From IMG/VR virus record IMGVR_UViG_3300042475_001011, positions 1-24,558 of that record: DNA of 24,558 nt; one strand, given 5' to 3'. The stretch comes from a virus. Taxonomy: Duplodnaviria; Caudoviricetes. Shown piece after piece: positions 6,426-19,781 of this stretch (position 1 is its first letter; every line of letters starts with the position of its first letter). The notes beneath the pieces were generated by a model. The model saw nothing but the letters and a program-made list of their open reading frames with translations, did not search any database and had not been told where the DNA came from. A program made the translations under genes and the position numbers.

Positions 6426-6647
6426 ATGAAAACTATCACCTTGTCCGATATGGACGCTCAGATCATTGTTGACGCGCTGCGATTCAAAACTGCAGTGCTG
6501 ATCAATGAGTTACTGCATAAAGAACCAACAACAATCACTGTTGCTCCCACAGAAGTTACTCCCAAAGTGACTCCCACAGTTAAGCCCAAGTTCCGCCTTA
6601 AAAAGGACGGCACTTTGAGTAAGCCATTGGGAAGGCCCCGCAAATGA
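6426..6647 (+). CDS. Small basic protein with C-terminal AT-hook-like GRPRK, 73 aa
   Basis: TAAGGA SD before ATG 6426; ends LKKDGTLSKPLGRPRK. Confidence 0.75.
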   Translation: MKTITLSDMDAQIIVDALRFKTAVLINELLHKEPTTITVAPTEVTPKVTPTVKPKFRLKKDGTLSKPLGRPRK

Positions 6648-6799
6648 AGGGCTGTAACGGACCATGCGGTCGCAAGGTCTGTCCTCCTCCGTGTGATCTT
6701 GACGATTCCCCTGAATCATTGGGCAGGCTGGTGCTGCTCGGTTTGGGCATCGTTTGTCTCGTTGGGGCGATTGCATTCGTTGTGGGGGTGTTGGTATGA
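6644..6799 (+). CDS. Small membrane protein, 51 aa, Cys-rich N-terminus plus one TM helix; not in ORF track
   Basis: Hand translation MKGCNGPCGRKVCPPPCDLDDSPESLGRLVLLGLGIVCLVGAIAFVVGVLV. ATGA overlaps at both ends. Confidence 0.75.
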   Translation: MKGCNGPCGRKVCPPPCDLDDSPESLGRLVLLGLGIVCLVGAIAFVVGVLV

Positions 6800-7254
6800 C
6801 TGACCTGCGAACCGCCGCCCAGCAGGCGCTGGAGGCGTTGGAGGCGCGAGCCGTCAACCGCTACTTTGAACACCTTGGAGAAACCATCGCCGCCCTCAAG
6901 GCCGCGCTGGAGCAGACGGTGCAGGAGCCGGTGGCGTGGACAACCATGCCTGACGCAGACGATTGGATGTTTGTGTCAGGCACGGAAAAACCACCGTTGC
7001 CGGGAGAGTGGCATCCCCTCTACACCCACCCACCCCGCCGCGAGACGGAGCCCGCGTTCGACGCTCTTGTCGCCATCAGCCTGCTGACCCACCTCGGTGG
7101 CGAAGTGGCCGACTATGAGGATGTGGTGGAGGCGGTGCGCCGGTTGCACGCCCTGAACGGGGAACTGCTGGAGGCATTGAAGTACCACCAAGAGCAGACC
7201 CGACCCATTGAGCGCACTCGCGCCGCCATCGCACGGGCGGAGGGGAAGGTATGA
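6796..7254 (+). CDS. Mosaic hypothetical phage protein, 152 aa
   Basis: ATGA-coupled start at 6796. Common phage modules LR.AAQQALEAL, QEPVAW...PLYTHPP and ELLEALK...RAAIARAEG. Confidence 0.8.
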   Translation: MTDLRTAAQQALEALEARAVNRYFEHLGETIAALKAALEQTVQEPVAWTTMPDADDWMFVSGTEKPPLPGEWHPLYTHPPRRETEPAFDALVAISLLTHLGGEVADYEDVVEAVRRLHALNGELLEALKYHQEQTRPIERTRAAIARAEGKV

Positions 7255-7484
7255 GCCGCGACGACATCATCCGCATGGGTAAGGAGGCTGGTGTGTACGC
7301 CGCGCATACCGAGTTGACGCTAATGGCGGGGCTTGAACGCTTCGCCGCCCTTGTCGCCGCGCAGGAGCGCGAGGCGTGTGCGAAGGTGGCAAAAGAGACC
7401 GTTTGCGATATGCACCTCGGGACTGGAATCAAGATTTACGGCACCAAGGCAGCAGCCGCCATCAGAGCAAGGGGGAACACATGA
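7251..7484 (+). CDS. Hypothetical protein, 77 aa (DDIIRM...ERFAALVAA.ERE.CA...AAAIRARG family)
   Basis: ATGA coupling at both ends; paralogous to the next gene. Confidence 0.8.
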   Translation: MSRDDIIRMGKEAGVYAAHTELTLMAGLERFAALVAAQEREACAKVAKETVCDMHLGTGIKIYGTKAAAAIRARGNT

Positions 7485-7717
7485 ATGACGAACTTATCCG
7501 CTTTGCAATAGAGGCAGGGTTTGAGCATGACCCCGCAGACGGAAACAACATATATTTTGCCGATGGGTACTGGACCAAAGAACTTGCTCGATTTGCCGAT
7601 CTTGTCGCCGCTGCCGAGCGCGAACGATTTGCGCTGGAGTGCATAGACCTTGTGGCTTTTCACGGCGGCAGTATTGAAATTGAAGCAGCAATCAGAGCAA
7701 GGGGGCAGGAAGCATGA
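7481..7717 (+). CDS. Hypothetical protein, 78 aa, paralogue of 7251..7484
   Basis: ATG 7481 overlaps the upstream stop. RFADLVAAAERE...AAIRARG. Confidence 0.8.
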   Translation: MNDELIRFAIEAGFEHDPADGNNIYFADGYWTKELARFADLVAAAERERFALECIDLVAFHGGSIEIEAAIRARGQEA

Positions 7718-7911
7718 AAGTCACACTTGAATTCAACCTGCCGGAAGAGAAGCAAGAAGCAGAACTAGCTATGAACGCCGGAGAACTGTACTCCACGCTC
7801 AATCAAGTGAATCACATTCTGAGGGCTTGCCTCAAGCACGATGGTGATGCGAGAGACGCAGCCACTGAATGCCGCTCTTTGATCTCTGATGTTCTCGGGA
7901 GGTTTGAATGA
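7714..7911 (+). CDS. Hypothetical protein, 65 aa (MK.TLEFNLPEE)
   Basis: ATGA coupling, AGGA SD. Confidence 0.8.
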   Translation: MKVTLEFNLPEEKQEAELAMNAGELYSTLNQVNHILRACLKHDGDARDAATECRSLISDVLGRFE

Positions 7912-8132
7912 ACCTCACTGATTGGTTCCCTGGCTCAGCCAAGCCCGTTCGCAAGGGCGTGTACCAGCGGCAGTACCCACACTTCTCCAAGACAACCTTA
8001 CCCCAGTATTGCTACTGGAATGGAAAAGGATGGGGCATGGGTGAGCATTCCGTAGAACAGGCCATGCGGCATAAGGATGCGTTCATGGTAGCGCCCCGTC
8101 AATGCCTTCCTTGGAGAGGAGTTCTGAAGTGA
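7908..8132 (+). CDS. Hypothetical protein, 74 aa (TDWFP...KPVRKGVYQR...WNGK.W...WRG)
   Basis: GGAGG SD, ATGA coupling. Confidence 0.8.
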   Translation: MNLTDWFPGSAKPVRKGVYQRQYPHFSKTTLPQYCYWNGKGWGMGEHSVEQAMRHKDAFMVAPRQCLPWRGVLK

Positions 8133-8545
8133 CAACCCTCTACGAAAAGCGTGGCCGCAAGTACGTGCCTTACAGCTTGGCTTGGCACTACGAGCGTGAA
8201 GGCGATCAGATGAAGGTAGGTGAGTTCAGGCTCACTTACTGTTACTCGAACGGTGGGCGTAAGTATGACTACGCGGTCACTCCTGCTACGGCCCCGTTCG
8301 TTGCCGCCGCGATGGTTGCCCGCGAAGCGATGGAGCAGGCCATAAGAGACAAGATCGTAGACAAGATCGTAGCCACCAATCACATCAAGTCTCACCCTTA
8401 CACCAAGAAGCAGCTTGCCATCATTGAGCGCTTCCGTAAGGAGATGTCTGATGCTGGCGGTCTTCTGCCTTCGTGGTGGGATCAGGCAAGTGCTTATGAG
8501 ATTTCAGAAGCGGCGATCAAAGCAGTGCAGGAGTACAAGCCGTGA
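8129..8545 (+). CDS. Hypothetical protein, 138 aa
   Basis: GTG at 8129 overlaps the upstream stop (GTGA) with GAGGAG SD. Confidence 0.75.
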   Translation: MTTLYEKRGRKYVPYSLAWHYEREGDQMKVGEFRLTYCYSNGGRKYDYAVTPATAPFVAAAMVAREAMEQAIRDKIVDKIVATNHIKSHPYTKKQLAIIERFRKEMSDAGGLLPSWWDQASAYEISEAAIKAVQEYKP

Positions 8546-8760
8546 TCAGCAGCAACATCTACAAGTACAAGCCGCAGGACTTTGCACGCTGTGAAAGTAA
8601 TCCTCTTCTAGACCAATGCAAAAGATGTGGACGAAACGTACACATGAATCCTGTGCATTCGGGATGGCAAACGTGGATAGGACCGTGGACAGGTCACGGG
8701 CCTTGCCCTAATGGAGACTTCATGGAGATTAAGAATGAGAACCAACAAACCAACCTTTAA
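8542..8760 (+). CDS. Small Cys-containing hypothetical protein, 72 aa
   Basis: GTGA coupling, AGGAG SD; DFARC...C..C.R...C pattern. Confidence 0.65.
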   Translation: MISSNIYKYKPQDFARCESNPLLDQCKRCGRNVHMNPVHSGWQTWIGPWTGHGPCPNGDFMEIKNENQQTNL

Positions 8761-8965
8761 GTGGAGTTTTGATTGCGGAGAAGGATCAATCGGGAATCTT
8801 GAAGCATTTAGGGAGTTAGACCCTTTGATGCGTTGTGATCTGCTTACTGACTGGATTTACGAGCTAGAAGCAGAGCACAAACTTGCAGGCGAAGATTTAA
8901 TGGCTCAATGGGAAGAAATTCAAGCCAAAGCCAAAGCCAAGAAAGAAAGAAATGCTGACAGCTAA
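8735..8965 (+). CDS. Hypothetical protein, 76 aa
   Basis: ATG 8735 with GGAG SD; overlaps the exonuclease start. Confidence 0.7.
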   Translation: MRTNKPTFKWSFDCGEGSIGNLEAFRELDPLMRCDLLTDWIYELEAEHKLAGEDLMAQWEEIQAKAKAKKERNADS

Positions 8966-9707
8966 AGAACGCCCATCCGACTCTGGACACTGGTACTCCA
9001 GAAACGGAGAACCTACCTACACAATCCTCGGCAAGAACGGGAAGATCCGCAACACCACGCTCAGAGACGCCAGGGAGTTTTCTCTGGTCCCCAGCGTCAC
9101 TACGATCCTGAACGTGGCTGCAAAGCCTCAACTAACGCAGTGGCTGCAGAAGCAAGTCCTGCTTGCAGCACTGACTCTGCCCAAAATCGATGCAGAGTCA
9201 GAAGACGACTACCTCGCAAGGATTCTGGAAGACTCAAAGGAACAAGGCAGAGCCGCGGCAGATGCCGGCACAGACATCCACGCCGCGATCGAAGCCTTCT
9301 ACAGGGGTGAGGTATGGCACAAGCACCAAGAGCACGTCCAGGCCTGCTCTAAGGCCCTTGACGGGCACTTTGGCCCGCAGGGATGGGTTGCTGAGCGCTC
9401 CTTCGGCCATGACCTGGGATACGGTGGCAAGGTCGATCTGCATTGCCCAGGCATCGTCGTTGACGTCAAGACCAAAGAGTTCACCGATCCCTCAAAAGTT
9501 GATGGCTACGAGGACCATCGGATGCAACTCGCCGCCTACCGGGTAGGACTGGCTCTTCCCAAAGCCCGGTGCGCCAACATCTTTGTCTCTCGGTCAGTCC
9601 CAGGCCTGTGCGTCATCAAGGAATGGACCGCAGAAGAGTTGGACGAAGCCTGGGAGATGTACTACCACCTTCTCCGCTTCTGGCAAATCAAACACAACCA
9701 TAGGTAA
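8952..9707 (+). CDS. PD-(D/E)XK exonuclease (RecB/Cas4-like phage nuclease)
   Basis: PSVTTIL, GTDIH, E...GYGGKVDL, VVDVKT and QLAAY motifs. Confidence 0.85.
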   Translation: MLTAKERPSDSGHWYSRNGEPTYTILGKNGKIRNTTLRDAREFSLVPSVTTILNVAAKPQLTQWLQKQVLLAALTLPKIDAESEDDYLARILEDSKEQGRAAADAGTDIHAAIEAFYRGEVWHKHQEHVQACSKALDGHFGPQGWVAERSFGHDLGYGGKVDLHCPGIVVDVKTKEFTDPSKVDGYEDHRMQLAAYRVGLALPKARCANIFVSRSVPGLCVIKEWTAEELDEAWEMYYHLLRFWQIKHNHR

Positions 9708-9710
9708 CTC

Positions 9711-9932
9711 ATGAAAATCGATGACGATCTCGTTAAACAAGTGTTCTTCTACGTTGACGACAAAGACCCCAAGGGGGTGTACGCCGACAACGTGAACCTG
9801 TTGGACTTTGCTAAGAAGTTCTATGCGGTGATCCGCAGAGACGTCGCAAGAGAAGAGCACTCCCGGTGCGTAGACATTGTCTCGAGCATGAACCGGGAAG
9901 TCGGCAACAAGCTCAACACGCAGCGCCCATAA
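9711..9932 (+). CDS. Hypothetical protein, 73 aa
   Basis: Last rightward ORF; its stop abuts the terminator hairpin. Confidence 0.75.
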   Translation: MKIDDDLVKQVFFYVDDKDPKGVYADNVNLLDFAKKFYAVIRRDVAREEHSRCVDIVSSMNREVGNKLNTQRP

Positions 9933-9956
9933 AAAAACCCCCCTGCTCGAGGGGGG
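9931..9956 (-). terminator. Rho-independent terminator of the late operon
   Basis: Minus strand CCCCCCT-CGAGC-AGGGGGG followed by T7, at the convergence of the two operons. Confidence 0.85.
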
Positions 9957-10015
9957 CCAAGAACCGCGGCAACTGCTTGCGGTGTTCAGCAGGGAGAAGG
10001 CTGAACAGCTTCAGT

Positions 10016-11413
10016 CTACCTCATTCCTGGATACACACCGAATGCTGGCCGCGCTGCTTGCGTTTCATCTTCCGGAGTCACCGGCTCGTTAGGGCTCAAA
10101 CGGCTTCTCAGATAGCGCACAGCAGGCGCCCCAAGGGCTAGAGGTACTGCCACAGGCGCAAGAGCGCTGGAGAACGATCCAAGCGTTCCTAGAGCCCCTG
10201 CGCCAAGCAATCCAATGTCTGTGTAGTCTGGTTTGGGCTTGCTCATCTGCTCGCGTATATCACCGATATCGCTGCCGATTGAGTATCCCGCTAAGGGGTA
10301 TGAAGCCATTGGAATCGCTCGGGCTACCCCAGACAGACCACGCGAGATTTGCGATCCTCGTTTCATAACGCCCTGTACCAACTTCTTAGCTTGATCAAGC
10401 GGGCTGATTTTTGGCGGAGGCGGGGCAGGAGGCGTCAGATCAGGAGGCACAACGCCCCTGGGATACACCACTCCACTAGGGGTAGACGTGACGTCCGGAA
10501 ATTGCGCAAAAACTTTCTGCGGGTCCAGGCCGATCTTTCCAAGATCCTTGGCAATCATCTCACGCCTTGCAGCAACCTGAGAGGTAGGCTCGTTGTAGCC
10601 CATCTGTCGCTGCCGACCTGTAGTACCCATGTCCCCAGATGTACCCTGAAGGATACGGGTAGCCTGTTGGGAAGGAGTAACTCCAGGAGGTTGGACTGGA
10701 GGCGTAGAAGGCGCTGCAGTAGGGGCTCCAGGGGTTGCCCCCGATGGTTGCATCGCCTTGGTAAACTGCTCAGCAATTGAAGCCGGACCCATGCCGAGCT
10801 TCTCACCTATTGCAAGAACAGAGCCCGCAGTAGCCCCAAGACCCCCAGGCCCAAGTTCATCTGCAGACTTTCCAATGAAGTCCATAGCCTGTCCGACTGG
10901 ACCGCGCTCTGCAGGCGTTCCTCCTTTATCCTGTTCTTGAGTATCTTCTGGAGGAGGGGTTGGAATGCCTTCAGGCATAGGTCGATCTTTGAAGGCTCCA
11001 AAGGAATACAAACTACCGATATACCCCTTGGTTTCTTCAGGAAGACCCTTGCCTTCATTGAACAACTTTAACTTTGGGCCGCCTGCGTTGTAAACAATTG
11101 CGGCCTTAATAGGGTCTTGCTGGGCTTCATTCAACGCCTGCTTCAACACTTTCAGACCAACATTGATGTTGGCATCAACATCACGAAGTGCATCAGCCCC
11201 GACGTTCAAGTTCGCAGCAGTAGCAGGCATCACCTGCATAATCCCAATAGCACCCTTAGGGCTATTCCCCACAGAAGGTCGCAACCGGCTTTCTTGATAC
11301 GCAATAGCAATGGCTAGGGAAGGATCAATCTTGATCGAACGAGCCCGCTCTCCAATGATCCTGGCGTACTTCAGTTGCTCTTCATCGAGTTGATCAAGAA
11401 AGCTCAACATCAC
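10016..11413 (-). CDS. Virion/ejection protein with N-terminal lytic transglycosylase (SLT) domain
   Basis: AIAYQESR, SPKGAIGIMQVMPATA, YNAG and LPEET..YI motifs. Pro-rich middle, hydrophobic C-terminus. Start is GTG 11413 or ATG 11410. Confidence 0.85.
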   Translation of the reverse strand: MMLSFLDQLDEEQLKYARIIGERARSIKIDPSLAIAIAYQESRLRPSVGNSPKGAIGIMQVMPATAANLNVGADALRDVDANINVGLKVLKQALNEAQQDPIKAAIVYNAGGPKLKLFNEGKGLPEETKGYIGSLYSFGAFKDRPMPEGIPTPPPEDTQEQDKGGTPAERGPVGQAMDFIGKSADELGPGGLGATAGSVLAIGEKLGMGPASIAEQFTKAMQPSGATPGAPTAAPSTPPVQPPGVTPSQQATRILQGTSGDMGTTGRQRQMGYNEPTSQVAARREMIAKDLGKIGLDPQKVFAQFPDVTSTPSGVVYPRGVVPPDLTPPAPPPPKISPLDQAKKLVQGVMKRGSQISRGLSGVARAIPMASYPLAGYSIGSDIGDIREQMSKPKPDYTDIGLLGAGALGTLGSFSSALAPVAVPLALGAPAVRYLRSRLSPNEPVTPEDETQAARPAFGVYPGMR

Positions 11414-13098
11414 TTGCCTCCAAGCAGCTTGTCTATCGCCTGACGATCAGGGTTGTTCTGGTTGGAAGGCCGCGCAGGCCTCGCAGGCCTCGCAGGACTC
11501 CTTCCTGCCGGTAGGTTCCCAACGATCGATTGCATATCGCTCAGGTATTGACGGTATAGCGATCGCCCCTCATTCGTGCGGATGTAGTCGTCATACTGCA
11601 TCCCCGTGCCCTGCAAGCGATCGGCTATCTCAACCTGATACTTGTACATCCTGGCCATGCCGTTGACTTTGGCCATCACGGTCTGAGGCAGATCGTCTTG
11701 CGTGATTTTGCTCTTCGCAAAGAGTTCACGCTCGTAGTTGCTCACCGCCCCGGATCCACGCTCTGCAGAAGTCATCCCCAACTGCAGACGTACCAACAGT
11801 TGACCCACCAGTTGCAGATCACGCTGCTCTTCCGGCGTCAGACGCATGTTGTTGACCACATCACGCACCGCAGGGATACCAATGCTGAACCCAGGACCAG
11901 ACACTCCAGTCTCCGCCAGCCGCACCACTTGGCTGATCACATTAGGATTGGTGAATGCGCCAAGCACGCGATTGGCGCTGGGCTTTTCTGCAAACGCTCG
12001 AAGCTGCTCAATCACCGGCATGTTGTTCGCGGCCGTCTCAGCGTTCTGCATCATCGTTGATGTTCTCGTGGCCTTGTCTTTGGCCGAGATCATCGCAATC
12101 TCTTTCTGCGCAGCAGCCGACGTTTCAATGTCTTGAGTCGTAGCAATTCGACCACCTGCGCCAGTGGCTTGTCTGACGGCCGCTTCAACCGCAGGATTTC
12201 CACCCTCAACAGACTTGGATTCGTTGAACGTAGACGTGATGCTGCGCTCCAAAGATCTCAGCTTGTCTGCATTACCTGACTTGATGGCCTCATTGAAGGC
12301 CTGAGTCCATTGCTTGGCAACGTCCGTAGGAACAGTAATCGTCTGATTCTCCAGCCCAGGTATCGTCCTCAACTGGATAGAAACAGGCGCAACATCAATC
12401 GGCTTGGAGATCCTGTACAACAGACCCGTTGCAAGATCCACAATGCCCTCTGGATGCTCCTTGTAGCGCTTGCGCTCAAGATCCTGAAGCTCCTTCTGAA
12501 TTTCGAACATGGATCTCCCAGGCTCGGAGATCGCTGACATCAGAATGGACCGGCGATTAGCCACTTCCGGGTTGGGAGGCATGATCGGCGTGCCTTGGAC
12601 TCCTTCCATCCCAGGAGGCTTGTCTGCCAATGCCGCCTGTCCTGCGGCCCCAGCACCTGGAATGGCGCTCGGACCAGCGCTTGAACTAGCACCTTGACCA
12701 ACACCTGGAATAGCGCCTTGGCTAGGAGCGCCAGCTTGCCCAGGCATCATGCTGCGAAGTAGTCGCTCACGTTCACGCTGCTGGGACAGCGACAACCCCT
12801 GCTGCGCAAGGTTTAGGCGCATCTCAGCGATCTTCTGATCCTCAGCTTCGCTAGCGGCTTGCGCTTTGTTGATGTTCGATGCAACGTTGCCAATCGATTC
12901 AAAGAAGCTGCCTGAACCAGTTGGCTTGGCAAAGCCTTCAGCTACTGAAAGCCAAAACGGATCAAAGAGACGGTTCTTCCTTGCGTCCAGGGTCTGCAAC
13001 AAAAGTTGCTGAGCCTCTTGATACTTTTGATTTGCCTCTTGTGCCTCCGTAGTTTCTCCGGTGGCATATGCAAGCGCAGGAGTTTTAGTCGTTGCCAT
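11410..13098 (-). CDS. Putative internal virion (DNA ejection) protein, 562 aa
   Basis: Helical Ala/Gln-rich protein with GSGAVSNYERELF motif, no Cys, located between pilot-like and SLT genes. Confidence 0.65.
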   Translation of the reverse strand: MATTKTPALAYATGETTEAQEANQKYQEAQQLLLQTLDARKNRLFDPFWLSVAEGFAKPTGSGSFFESIGNVASNINKAQAASEAEDQKIAEMRLNLAQQGLSLSQQRERERLLRSMMPGQAGAPSQGAIPGVGQGASSSAGPSAIPGAGAAGQAALADKPPGMEGVQGTPIMPPNPEVANRRSILMSAISEPGRSMFEIQKELQDLERKRYKEHPEGIVDLATGLLYRISKPIDVAPVSIQLRTIPGLENQTITVPTDVAKQWTQAFNEAIKSGNADKLRSLERSITSTFNESKSVEGGNPAVEAAVRQATGAGGRIATTQDIETSAAAQKEIAMISAKDKATRTSTMMQNAETAANNMPVIEQLRAFAEKPSANRVLGAFTNPNVISQVVRLAETGVSGPGFSIGIPAVRDVVNNMRLTPEEQRDLQLVGQLLVRLQLGMTSAERGSGAVSNYERELFAKSKITQDDLPQTVMAKVNGMARMYKYQVEIADRLQGTGMQYDDYIRTNEGRSLYRQYLSDMQSIVGNLPAGRSPARPARPARPSNQNNPDRQAIDKLLGGK

Positions 13099-14133
13099 TT
13101 AATCAGTCCCAGTTCCAGTCCCTATACCTATATCGTAATCAAAAATACTTTCCCACTTAGTCCAATCTGTCTCGCCAAAGTCTGAGTCACCAGGGGGTTC
13201 TGATACAACTCCTGTACCAGTTCCTGTACCAGTTCCTTGCCCGCTCTTAATAGCATTAATGATCTTGCTCCAAGCGTCTCCCAATTTCCTGCCAGCAGTA
13301 CCAGAAGCTCCAGCCCCCACAAGGCTTGCCAGGGATAGTGCTTTATCCAAAGGTGACTGTTGATACAGACCGCGATCTTTCGGCCCAACAAACGTCTGCG
13401 TTTGATCCATCGGAACTTGAAATCCGCGCATCAAGTTAGATACGGTCGTTGCAGTCCTCAAGGGGTAGTCAAGTTTGCTCTGCTCAAAGGCTTGCTTCTC
13501 ACCCCCTGCTTTGGTCAGCGCTCCAGCCCCGGTCAATCCAAGCTCTTGACCCTTCGACGCCAACATGCCTTGCGTTTGAGCAGCTTGGTTCTGAGTCTGC
13601 AATTCATTGAGCGCAGCCTCAAGCGCCTTGTTGTATCCAGCCGAGAGGGCTCCGTACTGTTGCCCAGTCAGGTTTGACTGCATGTCAGTCATCGCCTGCC
13701 CCAAAGCTCCTGCGTACCGCTGAGAACCCAGCGCCCCCTGACCAACAAACCCAGCACGCAACCCAGGCAGTACATTCCTTTGAATGTTCTGCTGCTGTAG
13801 ACGAGCCATCTCATCGACGACGTTTGTCTGGTAGGGATTGAGAAGCGCCTTTATCCGATCTGGAGAGATACCCTCTCCGGCCGCTCGTGCCGTTGCCTCA
13901 GCATCGGTCAGCATTGCCTTATAAGAATCCGCCGCAGTTTCAAGGGCTCCATACCCTTTTGTCTGCAATGGATCCATGCCGGCAATGCCGGTGTTTGCAG
14001 TCTTTGTTAGCGCAGTTTGACCTGCGGTACCAAGATCCTTGAGATAGTTGGTGTAGTAATCAGGCGCAGTGGACTTAGTGCTCGTCGTCTGCGTGATATC
14101 CGGAAGCGGTGATCCCTGGAACAAGTTACCCAT
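13099..14133 (-). CDS. Putative DNA transfer/pilot ejection protein, 344 aa
   Basis: T.S.APDYY..YL, NPYQ.NVVD, G.GALGSQR; Gln/Gly/Ala-rich, no Cys. Typical of podovirus ejection proteins. Confidence 0.7.
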   Translation of the reverse strand: MGNLFQGSPLPDITQTTSTKSTAPDYYTNYLKDLGTAGQTALTKTANTGIAGMDPLQTKGYGALETAADSYKAMLTDAEATARAAGEGISPDRIKALLNPYQTNVVDEMARLQQQNIQRNVLPGLRAGFVGQGALGSQRYAGALGQAMTDMQSNLTGQQYGALSAGYNKALEAALNELQTQNQAAQTQGMLASKGQELGLTGAGALTKAGGEKQAFEQSKLDYPLRTATTVSNLMRGFQVPMDQTQTFVGPKDRGLYQQSPLDKALSLASLVGAGASGTAGRKLGDAWSKIINAIKSGQGTGTGTGTGVVSEPPGDSDFGETDWTKWESIFDYDIGIGTGTGTD

Positions 14134-14135
14134 TC

Positions 14136-19529
<5,394 letters not shown>

Positions 19530-19781
19530 TTAGTTGTTACTCATGGAGTTGACGGCGTTCATCAACTCTTGTGCCCACAGTTGCCAGTTGTCAAACGTGT
19601 CTGTGCTGGGGATGCCTTCATTCACAAAGACATCGATGGCCTTCAAGCCGTTGCCCCATTCTTTCCAGTCAGTCTGATCACTCGGGATAGGAACCTGATT
19701 GGTTGCATACAGTTCCACCATCAAACAAGCCCAGGTCTCGAACGTGTGATGCCTCGGATCGTAGATCAGAAGGTTCGACAT
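19530..19781 (-). CDS. Small Trp-rich virion-associated hypothetical protein, 83 aa
   Basis: TGATG coupling to the upstream tail gene; WKEWGNGL...FDNWQLWA. Confidence 0.75.
   Translation of the reverse strand: MSNLLIYDPRHHTFETWACLMVELYATNQVPIPSDQTDWKEWGNGLKAIDVFVNEGIPSTDTFDNWQLWAQELMNAVNSMSNN

Noticed and set aside
8347-8372. 12-bp tandem duplication (DKIVDKIV)
   Set aside because: Single in-frame slippage event with no further structure.
8952-9707. Cas4-like nuclease as a CRISPR-Cas component
   Set aside because: No cas1/cas2 or array. Standalone PD-(D/E)XK exonucleases are routine in phage early regions.
11473-11496. 9-bp repeat encoding PARPARPAR
   Set aside because: Short low-complexity tail; no evidence of function.
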